Virus record (IMG/VR): IMGVR_UViG_2526164693_000019
Coordinates: 1 to 18,180 of that record
From: a virus
Lineage: Duplodnaviria > Heunggongvirae > Uroviricota > Caudoviricetes
Length of the DNA: 18,180 bases
Reading direction: 5' to 3' (one strand)
Shown here piece after piece: positions 6,546 through 14,881 of this stretch. Numbering within the stretch: the first letter of the stretch is position 1; every line of letters begins with the position of its first letter. Under the pieces are notes generated by a model, which was given only the letters and a program-made list of their open reading frames with translations, did no database searches and was not told the DNA's origin. The translations under genes and the position numbers were made by a program.

Positions 6546-7292
6546 ATGAAAAACATTGCGGCAGCCGGGGTTCTTGAACGTATTCGCAGACTTGCACCAC
6601 AGGCGTCGGTTCCACCGTACCGGACGGTGGAGGAGTGGCGGGAATGGCAACTTGCTGAAGGACGAAAACGCAGCGAGGAGATTAACCGCCAGAATCACCA
6701 GTTGCGGGTGGAAAAAATCCTGAATCGTTCGGGCATCCAGCCTCTGCACAGCAAATGCTCGTTTGCGAATTATCAGGTGCAGAACGACGGGCAAAAATAC
6801 GCGCTGAGCCAGGCCAAATCCATAGCTGACGAACTGATGACCGGGTGCACGAATTTTGTGTTCAGCGGTAAAACCGGCACCGGGAAAAATCACCTTGCAG
6901 CGGCGATGGGTAACCGGCTGATGGCGAAGGGGCGCAGCGTGATTATCGTCACCGTGTCTGATGTCATGAGCGTGTTGCATGACAGCTACGACAACGGCAA
7001 ATCCGGGGAAAAATTTTTACAGGAGCTTTGCAGTGTTGATTTGCTGGTCCTGGATGAAATAGGCGTTCAGCGGGAGACGAAAAACGAGCAGGTGGTATTA
7101 CACCAGATAATTGATCGCCGGACAGCATCACTGTGCAGTGTCGGGATGTTAACAAACCTGAATCATGCCGCAATGAGTACACTTCTTGGTGAGAGGATTA
7201 TGGACCGCATGACCATGAACGGTGGTCGATGGGTGACGTTTAACTGGGATAGCTGGCGTCCAAATGTCAGCAATATGAGGGTTGTGAAGTAA
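6546..7292 (+). CDS. DnaC-like AAA+ helicase loader (YdaV/IstB-like), 248 aa
   Basis: Walker A GKTGTGKNHLA and Walker B LLVLDEIG. AGGGGG Shine-Dalgarno; starts 6 nt after the initiator gene's stop. Confidence 0.85.
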   Translation: MKNIAAAGVLERIRRLAPQASVPPYRTVEEWREWQLAEGRKRSEEINRQNHQLRVEKILNRSGIQPLHSKCSFANYQVQNDGQKYALSQAKSIADELMTGCTNFVFSGKTGTGKNHLAAAMGNRLMAKGRSVIIVTVSDVMSVLHDSYDNGKSGEKFLQELCSVDLLVLDEIGVQRETKNEQVVLHQIIDRRTASLCSVGMLTNLNHAAMSTLLGERIMDRMTMNGGRWVTFNWDSWRPNVSNMRVVK

Positions 7293-7313
7293 TTTTGTCC
7301 GGAGGAAATTTTA

Positions 7314-8084
7314 ATGGAAACCGTATCTGACGCACTGAAAGCACTGAAAAAAGCCTCTTCACATGTGGTGGCAGCTCGCCTTGGAATCAGTCGTGAAGAG
7401 GCTGTCAACGAGCTGTGGGAACTCAAAATAAATGGCGTCGTTGATAAAACTGGTCACACCTGGTTTCTGGCTGGCGAAGGTGAATCCCGGGTAACCGAAG
7501 AGCGGCCAGTAAAATCTGAAGCACAGGATATGCTGACCGGGGAGGTCGAACAAAAAGTTACCGCAGACATGATGATTGAGTTTATCGGTCAGGATGGGGC
7601 TAAAACGTGTGAGGAACTGGCGGGTAAGTTCGGTGTCAGTACTCGCAAGGTTGCTTCCACGCTGGCGGTGGTAACCGCAACGGGGCGGCTGGCACGCGTT
7701 AATCAGAACGGTAAATTTCGTTACTGCATGCCGGGCGATAATTTACCAGCAGAGCCGAAAGCCGCGCTGGTAACGGAAAGTGATGGTAAGGCCTTTCCTC
7801 AGCCAGCAGGTGCTGCGTTACCAGTCCGGGAAGCCGCAACACAGGAAGAAATTAAAACAGAAACTGTGGCGGACATTGTGCAGCCGTTGCCATCGTTTAC
7901 CGAAACGCAAGCAGATGAGCTGATTTTTCCGTCCCTTCGCAGGGCAAACCTGGCGCTGCGCAGGGCGAAAAGTGATGTTCAGAAGTGGGAGCGAGTCTGC
8001 GCCGCGCTGCGGGAGCTGAACAAGCACCGGGATATTGTTCGACAGATTTTCGATTCCTCCAGTCGTATTGTGTCGGAAAAGTGA
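7314..8084 (+). CDS. Hypothetical prophage protein (256 aa)
   Basis: GGAGG Shine-Dalgarno (CCGGAGGAAATTTTAATG); long ORF in the same operon orientation. Confidence 0.65.
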   Translation: METVSDALKALKKASSHVVAARLGISREEAVNELWELKINGVVDKTGHTWFLAGEGESRVTEERPVKSEAQDMLTGEVEQKVTADMMIEFIGQDGAKTCEELAGKFGVSTRKVASTLAVVTATGRLARVNQNGKFRYCMPGDNLPAEPKAALVTESDGKAFPQPAGAALPVREAATQEEIKTETVADIVQPLPSFTETQADELIFPSLRRANLALRRAKSDVQKWERVCAALRELNKHRDIVRQIFDSSSRIVSEK

Positions 8085-8099
8085 TTGCCGGAGGCACCT

Positions 8100-8522
8100 A
8101 TGGCAAAAGTATTTACACCAGAAGAGCGGGAAAAAATTAAAGGGCAGGTTGTTGAACTTGTACGTCTGAGCGGTCGCGAGACGTTACGGGCTCTGGAGGC
8201 TAAAACCGGTGCATCAAGGTATTACATAAGCACTCTCGCCAGAGAACTGGTCGCCAGTGGTGATGTTTACAATTCAGGCTACGGATTATTCCCGTCTGAG
8301 CAGGCGCGTAAAGACTGGCAAAACGCCCGCAAAAAACTATCAAGGGCAAAGGTGAAGAAACCGGTTGTGGTTGATCCGGATCTTATCTGGTCATTACCAG
8401 ACGGAGAAATACGCCGCTACGACAGGCGTCTGAACATAATCTGTAGCGAGTGCCGGAAGAGCGAAGCTATGCAGCGTGTACTGGCTTTCTATCAGGGTAA
8501 TTTTCAGAAGGTGCTGTTGTGA
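8100..8522 (+). CDS. Hypothetical prophage protein (140 aa)
   Basis: ATG at 8100 with GGAGG 5 nt upstream; the track's start at 8085 is TTG without a Shine-Dalgarno. Confidence 0.6.
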   Translation: MAKVFTPEEREKIKGQVVELVRLSGRETLRALEAKTGASRYYISTLARELVASGDVYNSGYGLFPSEQARKDWQNARKKLSRAKVKKPVVVDPDLIWSLPDGEIRRYDRRLNIICSECRKSEAMQRVLAFYQGNFQKVLL

Positions 8523-8627
8523 GCCAAATTAACAATCGGAACTTCGTGAAGAGAAAGCATAATCCAAATCTGAATAATTAAGTTCAGCACTGTAAATAAA
8601 ATTTAATCCTTAACTGGAGGTATATTT

Positions 8628-8840
8628 ATGTTAAATACACAGAAAGCCATTAATGCGGAAAAATATAACGAGTGGGCAAGAAAATTCTCTGAGCAGATTT
8701 TTAAAATTACTGGCGATGAGAATGCGGCAAAAAATGAATTAGAACCGTGGACGCCTGAAGGAGCCGACCCAAATTATTGCTGGAGGGAGGTTGATCCAGT
8801 TGATGCTGCAAATGAAGCTATGAGTTATCACAACGATTAA
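8628..8840 (+). CDS. Hypothetical small protein (70 aa)
   Basis: CTGGAGG Shine-Dalgarno upstream; followed by the GC hairpin at 8851-8866. Confidence 0.55.
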   Translation: MLNTQKAINAEKYNEWARKFSEQIFKITGDENAAKNELEPWTPEGADPNYCWREVDPVDAANEAMSYHND

Positions 8841-8850
8841 TGTCAGGAGG

Positions 8851-8866
8851 CCGCCCGAAAGGGCGG
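8851..8866 (+). other. Stable hairpin CCGCCC-GAAA-GGGCGG (GNRA-type tetraloop); possible terminator or RNA stability element
   Basis: Perfect 6-bp GC stem with GAAA loop read directly. No strong downstream U-tract, so terminator function is uncertain. Confidence 0.35.
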
Positions 8867-9091
8867 TAATGAATGGTCACATTATTTAGAAAAAATATCC
8901 GCGAAAGAGTAGAACAACAGAATTTCTGTTTCTCATTCTGTTTATCGTGTTGATGATACCGATATCCCCGTTAATCCTAGTCTGGATAATCGGAAAAATA
9001 ATTGAGCCAGTTATTGAATTGTATAACGACGTGGTATGGGCGTCATTCAACACACTGCACAATAAAATTAATCCGTATAAGGAAAACTGAT

Positions 9092-9355
9092 ATGGCAACT
9101 TTGACAAAAAAAGAACGGGCATGGTTGAACGAATTACAGGAAGTTCTTGATCGCTGTCCATCACCGAAAAAAATTGGCTTTTACACCATTGGCGATAAAA
9201 GCATTTACCTGTATGACCTACGCCGCATGGATGAAATCATGGAGGCTCTTGATAATCGTTCGTCGATGGATTGGTGTGTTGCTGTTCATGATATGAATGC
9301 AGGGTTTGATGAAAAGATTTTGTTCCCCTCATCAGTTGAAAGCACTGCGGGTTAA
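9092..9355 (+). CDS. Hypothetical nin-region-like small protein (87 aa)
   Basis: Internal ATG at 9092 with AAGGAAA Shine-Dalgarno; product MATLTKKERAWLNELQEVLDR... Confidence 0.55.
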   Translation: MATLTKKERAWLNELQEVLDRCPSPKKIGFYTIGDKSIYLYDLRRMDEIMEALDNRSSMDWCVAVHDMNAGFDEKILFPSSVESTAG

Positions 9356-9365
9356 GGAGTAACAC

Positions 9366-9527
9366 ATGACCACTATTACCAAAGAACGTATTGAATTGTT
9401 CATTAAAAATCCGGTTGAAAACGGGCTTACCCGTGGTGAACAAATGGAACTGGCACGGATTGCGCTGGCATCGCTGGAAGCAGAGCCAGTTGGTGATTTT
9501 TATGAATACAAACCGGATGACTGGTAG
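9366..9527 (+). CDS. Hypothetical small protein (53 aa), ends at a TAG
   Basis: TAAGGAG Shine-Dalgarno 6 nt upstream of ATG 9366. Not in the track because it is under 60 aa. Confidence 0.5.
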   Translation: MTTITKERIELFIKNPVENGLTRGEQMELARIALASLEAEPVGDFYEYKPDDW

Positions 9528-9605
9528 CAGCGTTCGGCTGGAGATAAAGCGCCAAAATGGACGCCACCCTATGCCGTTTTTCCAGCGCCCGTAGTGCCGG
9601 AAGAA

Positions 9606-9851
9606 ATGGATTTGCTTACATGCCATCTCGATGGTGTAACTGAAACATATGCTGAGGGATGGAACGCTTGCCGCGCTGCCCTGCTTCAGGGCAAAGGGGA
9701 GCCCGGGAAACAAGTTCGCGAATTGACAATGCTGGTTAAACAATTGGTTAGTCAACTGAAGAAAGCGAAACCGGGCTGCAAATTGCCGGATAAAGTGATG
9801 GACTACCTGGAGCGAAGCGGACTTATAAGCGTGGAGGATGTTTCACGATGA
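9606..9851 (+). CDS. Hypothetical small protein (about 81 aa from ATG 9606; the track uses GTG 9594)
   Basis: Open frame to TGA at 9849-9851; GGAAG upstream of ATG 9606. Same frame as the 9366 ORF. Confidence 0.5.
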   Translation: MDLLTCHLDGVTETYAEGWNACRAALLQGKGEPGKQVRELTMLVKQLVSQLKKAKPGCKLPDKVMDYLERSGLISVEDVSR

Positions 9852-9931
9852 CCTGGCCTGAAGCATTCACAACGGTAGGAATTGCGATGGCGGTGGCGCT
9901 GGTTGTGTATTCGATTTGCCGCTGGGGATAA
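9848..9931 (+). CDS. Putative 27-aa single-pass membrane peptide (MTWPEAFTTVGIAMAVALVVYSICRWG)
   Basis: ATG overlaps the upstream TGA (ATGA) with GGAGG 11 nt upstream; hydrophobic core consistent with one transmembrane helix. Too short to call with confidence. Confidence 0.3.
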   Translation: MTWPEAFTTVGIAMAVALVVYSICRWG

Positions 9932-10241
9932 AAACGATTTGCGGGAAAAGGATAGTTAAGTAGAATTGCTGCGGGTGCTTGAGGCTATCTGCCTTGGGCA
10001 TGAACACCAAAGGCAGATAGAGAAAAACCCACCCGACTATAAATCAAAGTGTATTACCCCCATTTGTTGGACGATGAAATGGGTTTAGTTAACTATGTCG
10101 GTATCGACATGACTAAAACAACCTTAAATTGCTCGATTAATAGACAAGTAGTTTTGAAAGATTAAATTTATGCGATCCGGTATTTTCAAGGGATAGCCTT
10201 TATGAGGTTATCTTATGGGGTTAAAACATCAAGAACAGTTG

Positions 10242-10250
10242 TGTTATAAT
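10242..10250 (+). promoter_or_regulatory. Extended -10 promoter element (TGtTATAAT) upstream of the methyltransferase gene
   Basis: TGn plus a perfect TATAAT at 10245-10250, 32 nt upstream of ATG 10283; weak -35, as is common for extended -10 promoters. Confidence 0.45.
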
Positions 10251-10282
10251 ACATAGAAACTAATAAGAGACGTTGCAACTAT

Positions 10283-11434
10283 ATGAATGTAATAGATTTG
10301 TTTTCTGGCGTTGGAGGTCTAAGTCTTGGTGCTGCACGTGCTGGATTTGATGTTAAAATGGCAGTTGAAATTGATCAACATGCTATTAATACTCACGCAA
10401 TTAATTTTCCAAGAAGTTTGCACGTCCAAGAAGATGTTTCTTTACTAAATGCAGAAATAATTAAGGGTTTTTTTAAAAACGATATGCCCATAGATGGTAT
10501 TATTGGCGGTCCTCCGTGCCAAGGATTTAGTTCAATAGGCAAGGGGAATCCTGATGATAGCAGGAATCAGCTTTACATGCATTTCTACCGTTTAGTATCA
10601 GAATTACAGCCATTATTCTTTTTGGCAGAAAATGTTCCAGGTATTATGCAAGAGAAATATTCTGGCATTAGAAATAAAGCATTTAATTTGGTTAGCGGTG
10701 ATTATGATATTCTTGATCCCATCAAGGTAAAAGCATCTGATTATGGTGCTCCAACTATTCGAACTAGATATTTTTTTATCGGTGTAAAAAAATCATTGAA
10801 GCTTGATATTTCAGATGAAGTATTTATGCCTAAAATGATTGATCCGGTTACTGTAAAAGATGCTTTGTATGGATTACCAGATATTATCGATGCCAATTGG
10901 CAATCAGACTCTGAGAGTTGGCGAACAATTAAAAAAGATCGAAAAGGGGGATTTTATGAAAAATTATGGGGGCAGATCCCTCGGAATGTTGGTGATACAG
11001 AATCGATCGCTAAGTTAAAAAATAATATCATATCTGGATGTACCGGAACATTACATAGCAAAATCGTCCAAGAGCGTTATGCTTCCTTATCTTTTGGGGA
11101 AACTGATAAAATTTCAAGATCTACAAGATTAGATCCAAATGGTTTTTGCCCGACTTTAAGGGCGGGAACCGCTAGAGATAAAGGAAGCTTTCAAGCCGTC
11201 AGGCCGATCCACCCTTATCATCCAAGAGTGATTACACCAAGAGAAGCTGCTAGATTACAAGGCTTCCCTGATTGGTTTCGCTTTCATGTAACTAAATGGC
11301 ATAGTTTCAGACAAATAGGAAATAGCGTGTCACCAATAGTTGCTGAATATATATTAAAGGGGCTGTACAATTTATTAAATAAAAGAGTACAGCCCGAATA
11401 TTTAAACCATAATTCTTTGGAAGTTAGGGTATAA
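10283..11434 (+). CDS. DNA (cytosine-5)-methyltransferase (383 aa)
   Basis: Canonical C5-MTase motifs in order: motif I FSGVGG, motif IV GGPPCQGFS (catalytic Cys in PCQ), motif VI ENVPG, motif VIII-like TIRTRYFF, motif X QIGNSVSP. Strongly AT-rich codon usage compared with the flanking phage genes. Confidence 0.9.
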   Translation: MNVIDLFSGVGGLSLGAARAGFDVKMAVEIDQHAINTHAINFPRSLHVQEDVSLLNAEIIKGFFKNDMPIDGIIGGPPCQGFSSIGKGNPDDSRNQLYMHFYRLVSELQPLFFLAENVPGIMQEKYSGIRNKAFNLVSGDYDILDPIKVKASDYGAPTIRTRYFFIGVKKSLKLDISDEVFMPKMIDPVTVKDALYGLPDIIDANWQSDSESWRTIKKDRKGGFYEKLWGQIPRNVGDTESIAKLKNNIISGCTGTLHSKIVQERYASLSFGETDKISRSTRLDPNGFCPTLRAGTARDKGSFQAVRPIHPYHPRVITPREAARLQGFPDWFRFHVTKWHSFRQIGNSVSPIVAEYILKGLYNLLNKRVQPEYLNHNSLEVRV

Positions 11435-12391
11435 CCTATAGTATTTATAATAGTTATCCCGTTCATTTTCGTTTAAAGAGAACTCTTCAGCGGCTGCCTG
11501 ATATGCTTCTTTATCAGGCAGTTTACTATCTAAATTTATCTTTTCTTTAATTGTTAGTGTTGGTATTGCTATTTCTTGCACGTCTTCCCAATTTGTTGAA
11601 TAAAATTGCCAGTTAGAAAGGTCGCATGCCTTAGATAACTCTATATATTCTTGTTCTGAGGAGAAAAAACCTGATATTGTCAACATGGTATGACTGCCAT
11701 CATTATATTGATTTAAGGATAATGGGTAATACTGAATCTTATCCTTACGTCCTGAAAGACCACGTTCTATTGCTGATCTAAAAGCGTTTGTAATAATTCG
11801 TATTAAAAGAGCTTTAATCTTACGATCTGAAAGATCTGCATTTGATATCTGAAGATTAAAATCAAGATACTTTTTCCCAAGCAATGATTTTAATGAATTA
11901 ATAAAAGCTTCTTTAAAAATATCTAAACTTTCTCCAACTCTACGTTGGTAATAAGAACTAGGATTTATGGGGAAGGTGACCTTCAAAATATCAAAAGAGC
12001 TTACTTTAGTACTTAGTAAGTGTATATCATCTAGATCCGTTTGTATTTTTTTCGGGGAGGCATAGTCTAACCATGTTATTGATGGTTTAGAAAAACTATA
12101 ATCAAGAATAAAGTCATGAGCTGATATTAGCTTACAATCAATACAATTATAAGGCAAATTATATTTTTGTCTGATGTGAGTAGACTCTTGTTCTTCGAGA
12201 GAAATCATATCAGAAAGAGCGATACGATTATGCATGATTCTAAAATCTTCAAGCATCGGACCACCAAAACCTATATATGTATATTCTTGAATATTTAGTC
12301 TTTTGCTTAAGAGGTTTAGGCTTTCGAGAAAAATCTCTCTATCAATAGACTTATTATGCCTTAAGTGATAGGGAATGTATTGTCCAGACAT
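11402..12391 (-). CDS. Unknown-function protein (about 329 aa), translationally coupled partner of the GHKL ATPase; candidate effector
   Basis: ATG (plus 12389-12391) overlaps the GHKL gene's TGA (TGATG) with GAGGTG Shine-Dalgarno; the track's start at 12394 is an in-frame GTG. No motif I can assign; contains a G-x-G-G stretch (YIGFGGPMLEDF). Its 3' end overlaps the convergent MTase gene by 33 bp. Confidence 0.75.
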   Translation of the reverse strand: MSGQYIPYHLRHNKSIDREIFLESLNLLSKRLNIQEYTYIGFGGPMLEDFRIMHNRIALSDMISLEEQESTHIRQKYNLPYNCIDCKLISAHDFILDYSFSKPSITWLDYASPKKIQTDLDDIHLLSTKVSSFDILKVTFPINPSSYYQRRVGESLDIFKEAFINSLKSLLGKKYLDFNLQISNADLSDRKIKALLIRIITNAFRSAIERGLSGRKDKIQYYPLSLNQYNDGSHTMLTISGFFSSEQEYIELSKACDLSNWQFYSTNWEDVQEIAIPTLTIKEKINLDSKLPDKEAYQAAAEEFSLNENERDNYYKYYRLYPNFQRIMV

Positions 12392-13782
12392 CACTTCACC
12401 TCTTCAATCACCGTATCAAAGCATTGCATCCCCACATCAGAAGCGCTAGCATCTTCATGTCCAAAGAAATATTTAGATAAAATTTTAACATCTTCTTTCT
12501 CTCTGGTGAAGATTATTCGTACAGTAGAGCTTTTTTTTACTGGGGTAGGCAGCTTAGGTGTATATCGCCACTCATTTTTGTTTCTATTAGGGTTGGACCA
12601 GTTATTTTTTTTATCTTCTGGAGTTGATTGTGGGGTAATTTCAAATAAAGATTGAGCTTCATGTGACTGAGCTGACTTAAGTAATTTTTTCCCTTCTTCA
12701 AGATGCTCACCTTTCCACTGATTGGTGAATCGAATAAAATGCATCATCCCTTCAATCATTTTATTTCGTACATCATTGTACAATGTAGAACTAAGATCGA
12801 CACCTCGTTTCGTTGTTGTTATTGGTAATTTTTCTGGGTTTTTACTGGTAAAGCGAACAACCCCAGAAATTGCTATAAATTGGGTATGAAACCTTGGTAC
12901 ATTAGCAAAGCCCCAACCTGTGAGATGTGTCTTATCACAATATAGAACAACGCGGTCATTGCAAATGACAGTCCATCCAGCATCATCAGAACTCCTTTTT
13001 TCTAAAACATCATCATTGTCATCTTCTAAATTTTTATAGAAGCCAACAACTAAATCGATATCAACATCGTCTATTTTAGCTTTATATATGTATGGTTCTA
13101 TTTTAGAATGATCAGTTATGATGTTAATCGGATTATGTTCAACAACAACTCCATTTAATTCTATTTTAAATCCTTTTTGAATAATAAATGACAATGAGTG
13201 TTTTATCTGTAAAAAGAGATCAGTAAGATATGTGCTCTCATTAAATTTTTGTGCCACATTAGAATGGAGTTTTTTTATCTCTATAGTTGTGCCTGTTGGA
13301 TTTTTGTTATCATAGTCACTCTCGTGCATCGGTATTTTCCAACCATCACCATCGATCCAATCAGGTGTTATATCTACAGTGAATGCGCCATCGGGATTAT
13401 TCGATTGTATTGAGCAATCTCTACCCATTTTAAAAATGGCTCTTTTCATACCAATACCATAGACGCCAACGGTGCCTTCATTTTCTTCTTCTTTTTGATG
13501 GGGTCGTCCCATTTTAAAAGCATATTCTCGGAAGCTTTTAGGGATACCTCCGCAATTGTCTTCTATAATAAAGACATCTTTATTAATCGTAAGTTTCGCA
13601 TAAAATCCTTCATATGGTTTTGAAGTTTTTTTTGTGTCTTTTATTGTACGTAAAGCCCCATCGACGCAGTTATCAAGCAGATCAAGTATGGCATCGTTTA
13701 AGTCGATATCTCGAGTTAGCATACTTACAAAAAATCTTTTACTAGGACTAAAGTCTGCTGTTGGAGTCGTGTTCTCAGTCAT
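12391..13782 (-). CDS. GHKL/Bergerat-fold ATPase (MORC/MutL/Hsp90-like HATPase), 463 aa
   Basis: Ordered GHKL motifs: N-box LDLLDNCVDGA, G1 box IIEDNCGGI (DxGxG), G2 box GTVGVYGIGMK (GxxGxG), and TGTTIEI. About 290 residues C-terminal to these have no recognisable motif. AT-rich. Confidence 0.85.
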   Translation of the reverse strand: MTENTTPTADFSPSKRFFVSMLTRDIDLNDAILDLLDNCVDGALRTIKDTKKTSKPYEGFYAKLTINKDVFIIEDNCGGIPKSFREYAFKMGRPHQKEEENEGTVGVYGIGMKRAIFKMGRDCSIQSNNPDGAFTVDITPDWIDGDGWKIPMHESDYDNKNPTGTTIEIKKLHSNVAQKFNESTYLTDLFLQIKHSLSFIIQKGFKIELNGVVVEHNPINIITDHSKIEPYIYKAKIDDVDIDLVVGFYKNLEDDNDDVLEKRSSDDAGWTVICNDRVVLYCDKTHLTGWGFANVPRFHTQFIAISGVVRFTSKNPEKLPITTTKRGVDLSSTLYNDVRNKMIEGMMHFIRFTNQWKGEHLEEGKKLLKSAQSHEAQSLFEITPQSTPEDKKNNWSNPNRNKNEWRYTPKLPTPVKKSSTVRIIFTREKEDVKILSKYFFGHEDASASDVGMQCFDTVIEEVK

Positions 13783-13834
13783 AATTTACTCTCTATGTGT
13801 TTGGGAAAATAAATACCTTAAGTGCAAATTGTTG

Positions 13835-13862
13835 ATTTTAAACGCTTCGCATGCGAAGTCAA
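13835..13862 (-). promoter_or_regulatory. Candidate sigma70 promoter of the GHKL operon (TTGACT, 16-bp spacer, TAAAAT on minus strand) with a 14-bp perfect palindrome in the spacer
   Basis: Minus-strand -35 is the complement of plus 13857-13862 and -10 the complement of 13835-13840. Palindrome CTTCGCATGCGAAG at 13845-13858 spans the spacer and -35 edge. About 50 nt upstream of the ATG at 13782. Confidence 0.45.
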
Positions 13863-14281
13863 CGATGTTAAGAAAGAAAGTGCATGTGATCTAACAGTAT
13901 GTTTTTAAAAAAAGATTAGCTTTATGAGAATTCAGGACTGAATCCCGTGAGAGGAAAATAACATATGTTATTGTTGCATTGCTGTGTTGTTTGGGATTTG
14001 TTGCACCATTCTGGCGTTGGTATATCTAGTTCGTTGTTCATTTTGTTAATTGTACAACAGGCAGACAACAGAGAGCTTTTAGCCTAGTTAGCTTACGAAA
14101 TTAAACAACTAAGATTATCGGCGGGGAGTGGTCACCGCTACTCTTTGGCTAGGAGACTTCAACGCAACCGCACACAACCAGCTTCGGCGGGTTTTGTTTT
14201 TTCCTGGCATTCTGGTTTACAATTTGCGTGCTAGCTTGAACAACTGGCATCTGCTGCACTGCGCCATCGAGAGATTGAGAA

Positions 14282-14881
14282 ATGGCGCATATACAACTGG
14301 TCAAACAAACTTCTTCTGGTTTACTTCTCCCGGCGACGCCGGAGAGTTGCGATTTTCTGCATCAAATCAAAATAGGTGAGTGGATACACGCAGATTTTAA
14401 GCGTGTGCGTAACTACGCATTCCACAAGCGTTTTTTCAAACTCCTGCAACTGGGATTCGATTACTGGACTCCGGTCGGTGGGGCGATCACGCCTCGCGAA
14501 CGAGAACTGCTGTCTGGTTTCGTTGATTACCTGTGCGAATCAGTTGGTCGGGAACACACGCCAGCCCTGAGTGATGCCGCAGAGCAATACCTTAACACCG
14601 TTGCGACTCGTAGAACCCGGGATACGGCGTTGCTAAAGTCGTTTGAGGCTTTCCGCGAGTGGGTAACCATTCAGGCCGGATTTTACACCGAGCATATTTA
14701 TCCGGACGGTAGCCGTGGGCGTCGGGCAAAATCCATCGCTTTTGCGAATATGGACGAAGTCGAGTTTCAGCAGGTTTATAAATCTGTACTGAATGTGCTG
14801 TGGAACTGGATTCTGTTCCGTAAATTCTCCTCTCAGGAGGAAGTTGAAAATGTGGCCGCACAACTACTGGAGTTTGCGTAA
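14282..14881 (+). CDS. DUF1367-family protein typical of the Q-proximal region of Stx phages (199 aa)
   Basis: Recalled sequence family found upstream of Q in stx phages; long ORF; stop overlaps the next start (TAATG). Confidence 0.75.
   Translation: MAHIQLVKQTSSGLLLPATPESCDFLHQIKIGEWIHADFKRVRNYAFHKRFFKLLQLGFDYWTPVGGAITPRERELLSGFVDYLCESVGREHTPALSDAAEQYLNTVATRRTRDTALLKSFEAFREWVTIQAGFYTEHIYPDGSRGRRAKSIAFANMDEVEFQQVYKSVLNVLWNWILFRKFSSQEEVENVAAQLLEFA

Noticed and set aside
6111-6980. 289-aa minus-strand ORF antisense to the initiator and DnaC-like genes; also 5817-6110 (-) and 4914-5405 (-).
   Set aside because: They lie antisense within well-supported plus-strand genes in GC-rich sequence where long spurious ORFs are common; the products are Arg/Pro-rich low-complexity with no start context.
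8886-9164. 92-aa minus-strand ORF between the nin-like genes.
   Set aside because: It overlaps the 9092 gene's start region and has no ribosome-binding site; the AT-rich intergenic stretch is more likely promoter DNA.
9237-9755. 172-aa minus-strand ORF overlapping three plus-strand nin-like genes.
   Set aside because: It is antisense to genes with good Shine-Dalgarno sequences and translational coupling, and has no Shine-Dalgarno or recognisable motif.
9366-9851. A single in-frame TAG (9525-9527) separates the 53-aa ORF from the 9594/9606 ORF, as if one 161-codon gene were interrupted by an amber codon.
   Set aside because: Each half has its own plausible start and ribosome-binding site, adjacent genes share a frame one time in three by chance, and the stop-free spacer is only 22 codons. 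Without homologues I cannot support a pseudogene or read-through call.
14205-14228. Sigma54-like motif (TGG, 9 nt, TTGC; GG-N10-GC spacing) upstream of the DUF1367 gene.
   Set aside because: Only a partial match to the -24/-12 consensus (TGGTTT rather than TGGCAC) and no enhancer-binding protein context; likely chance.
14592-14863. Two minus-strand ORFs inside the DUF1367 gene.
   Set aside because: Antisense overlap with a conserved plus-strand gene; no start context.
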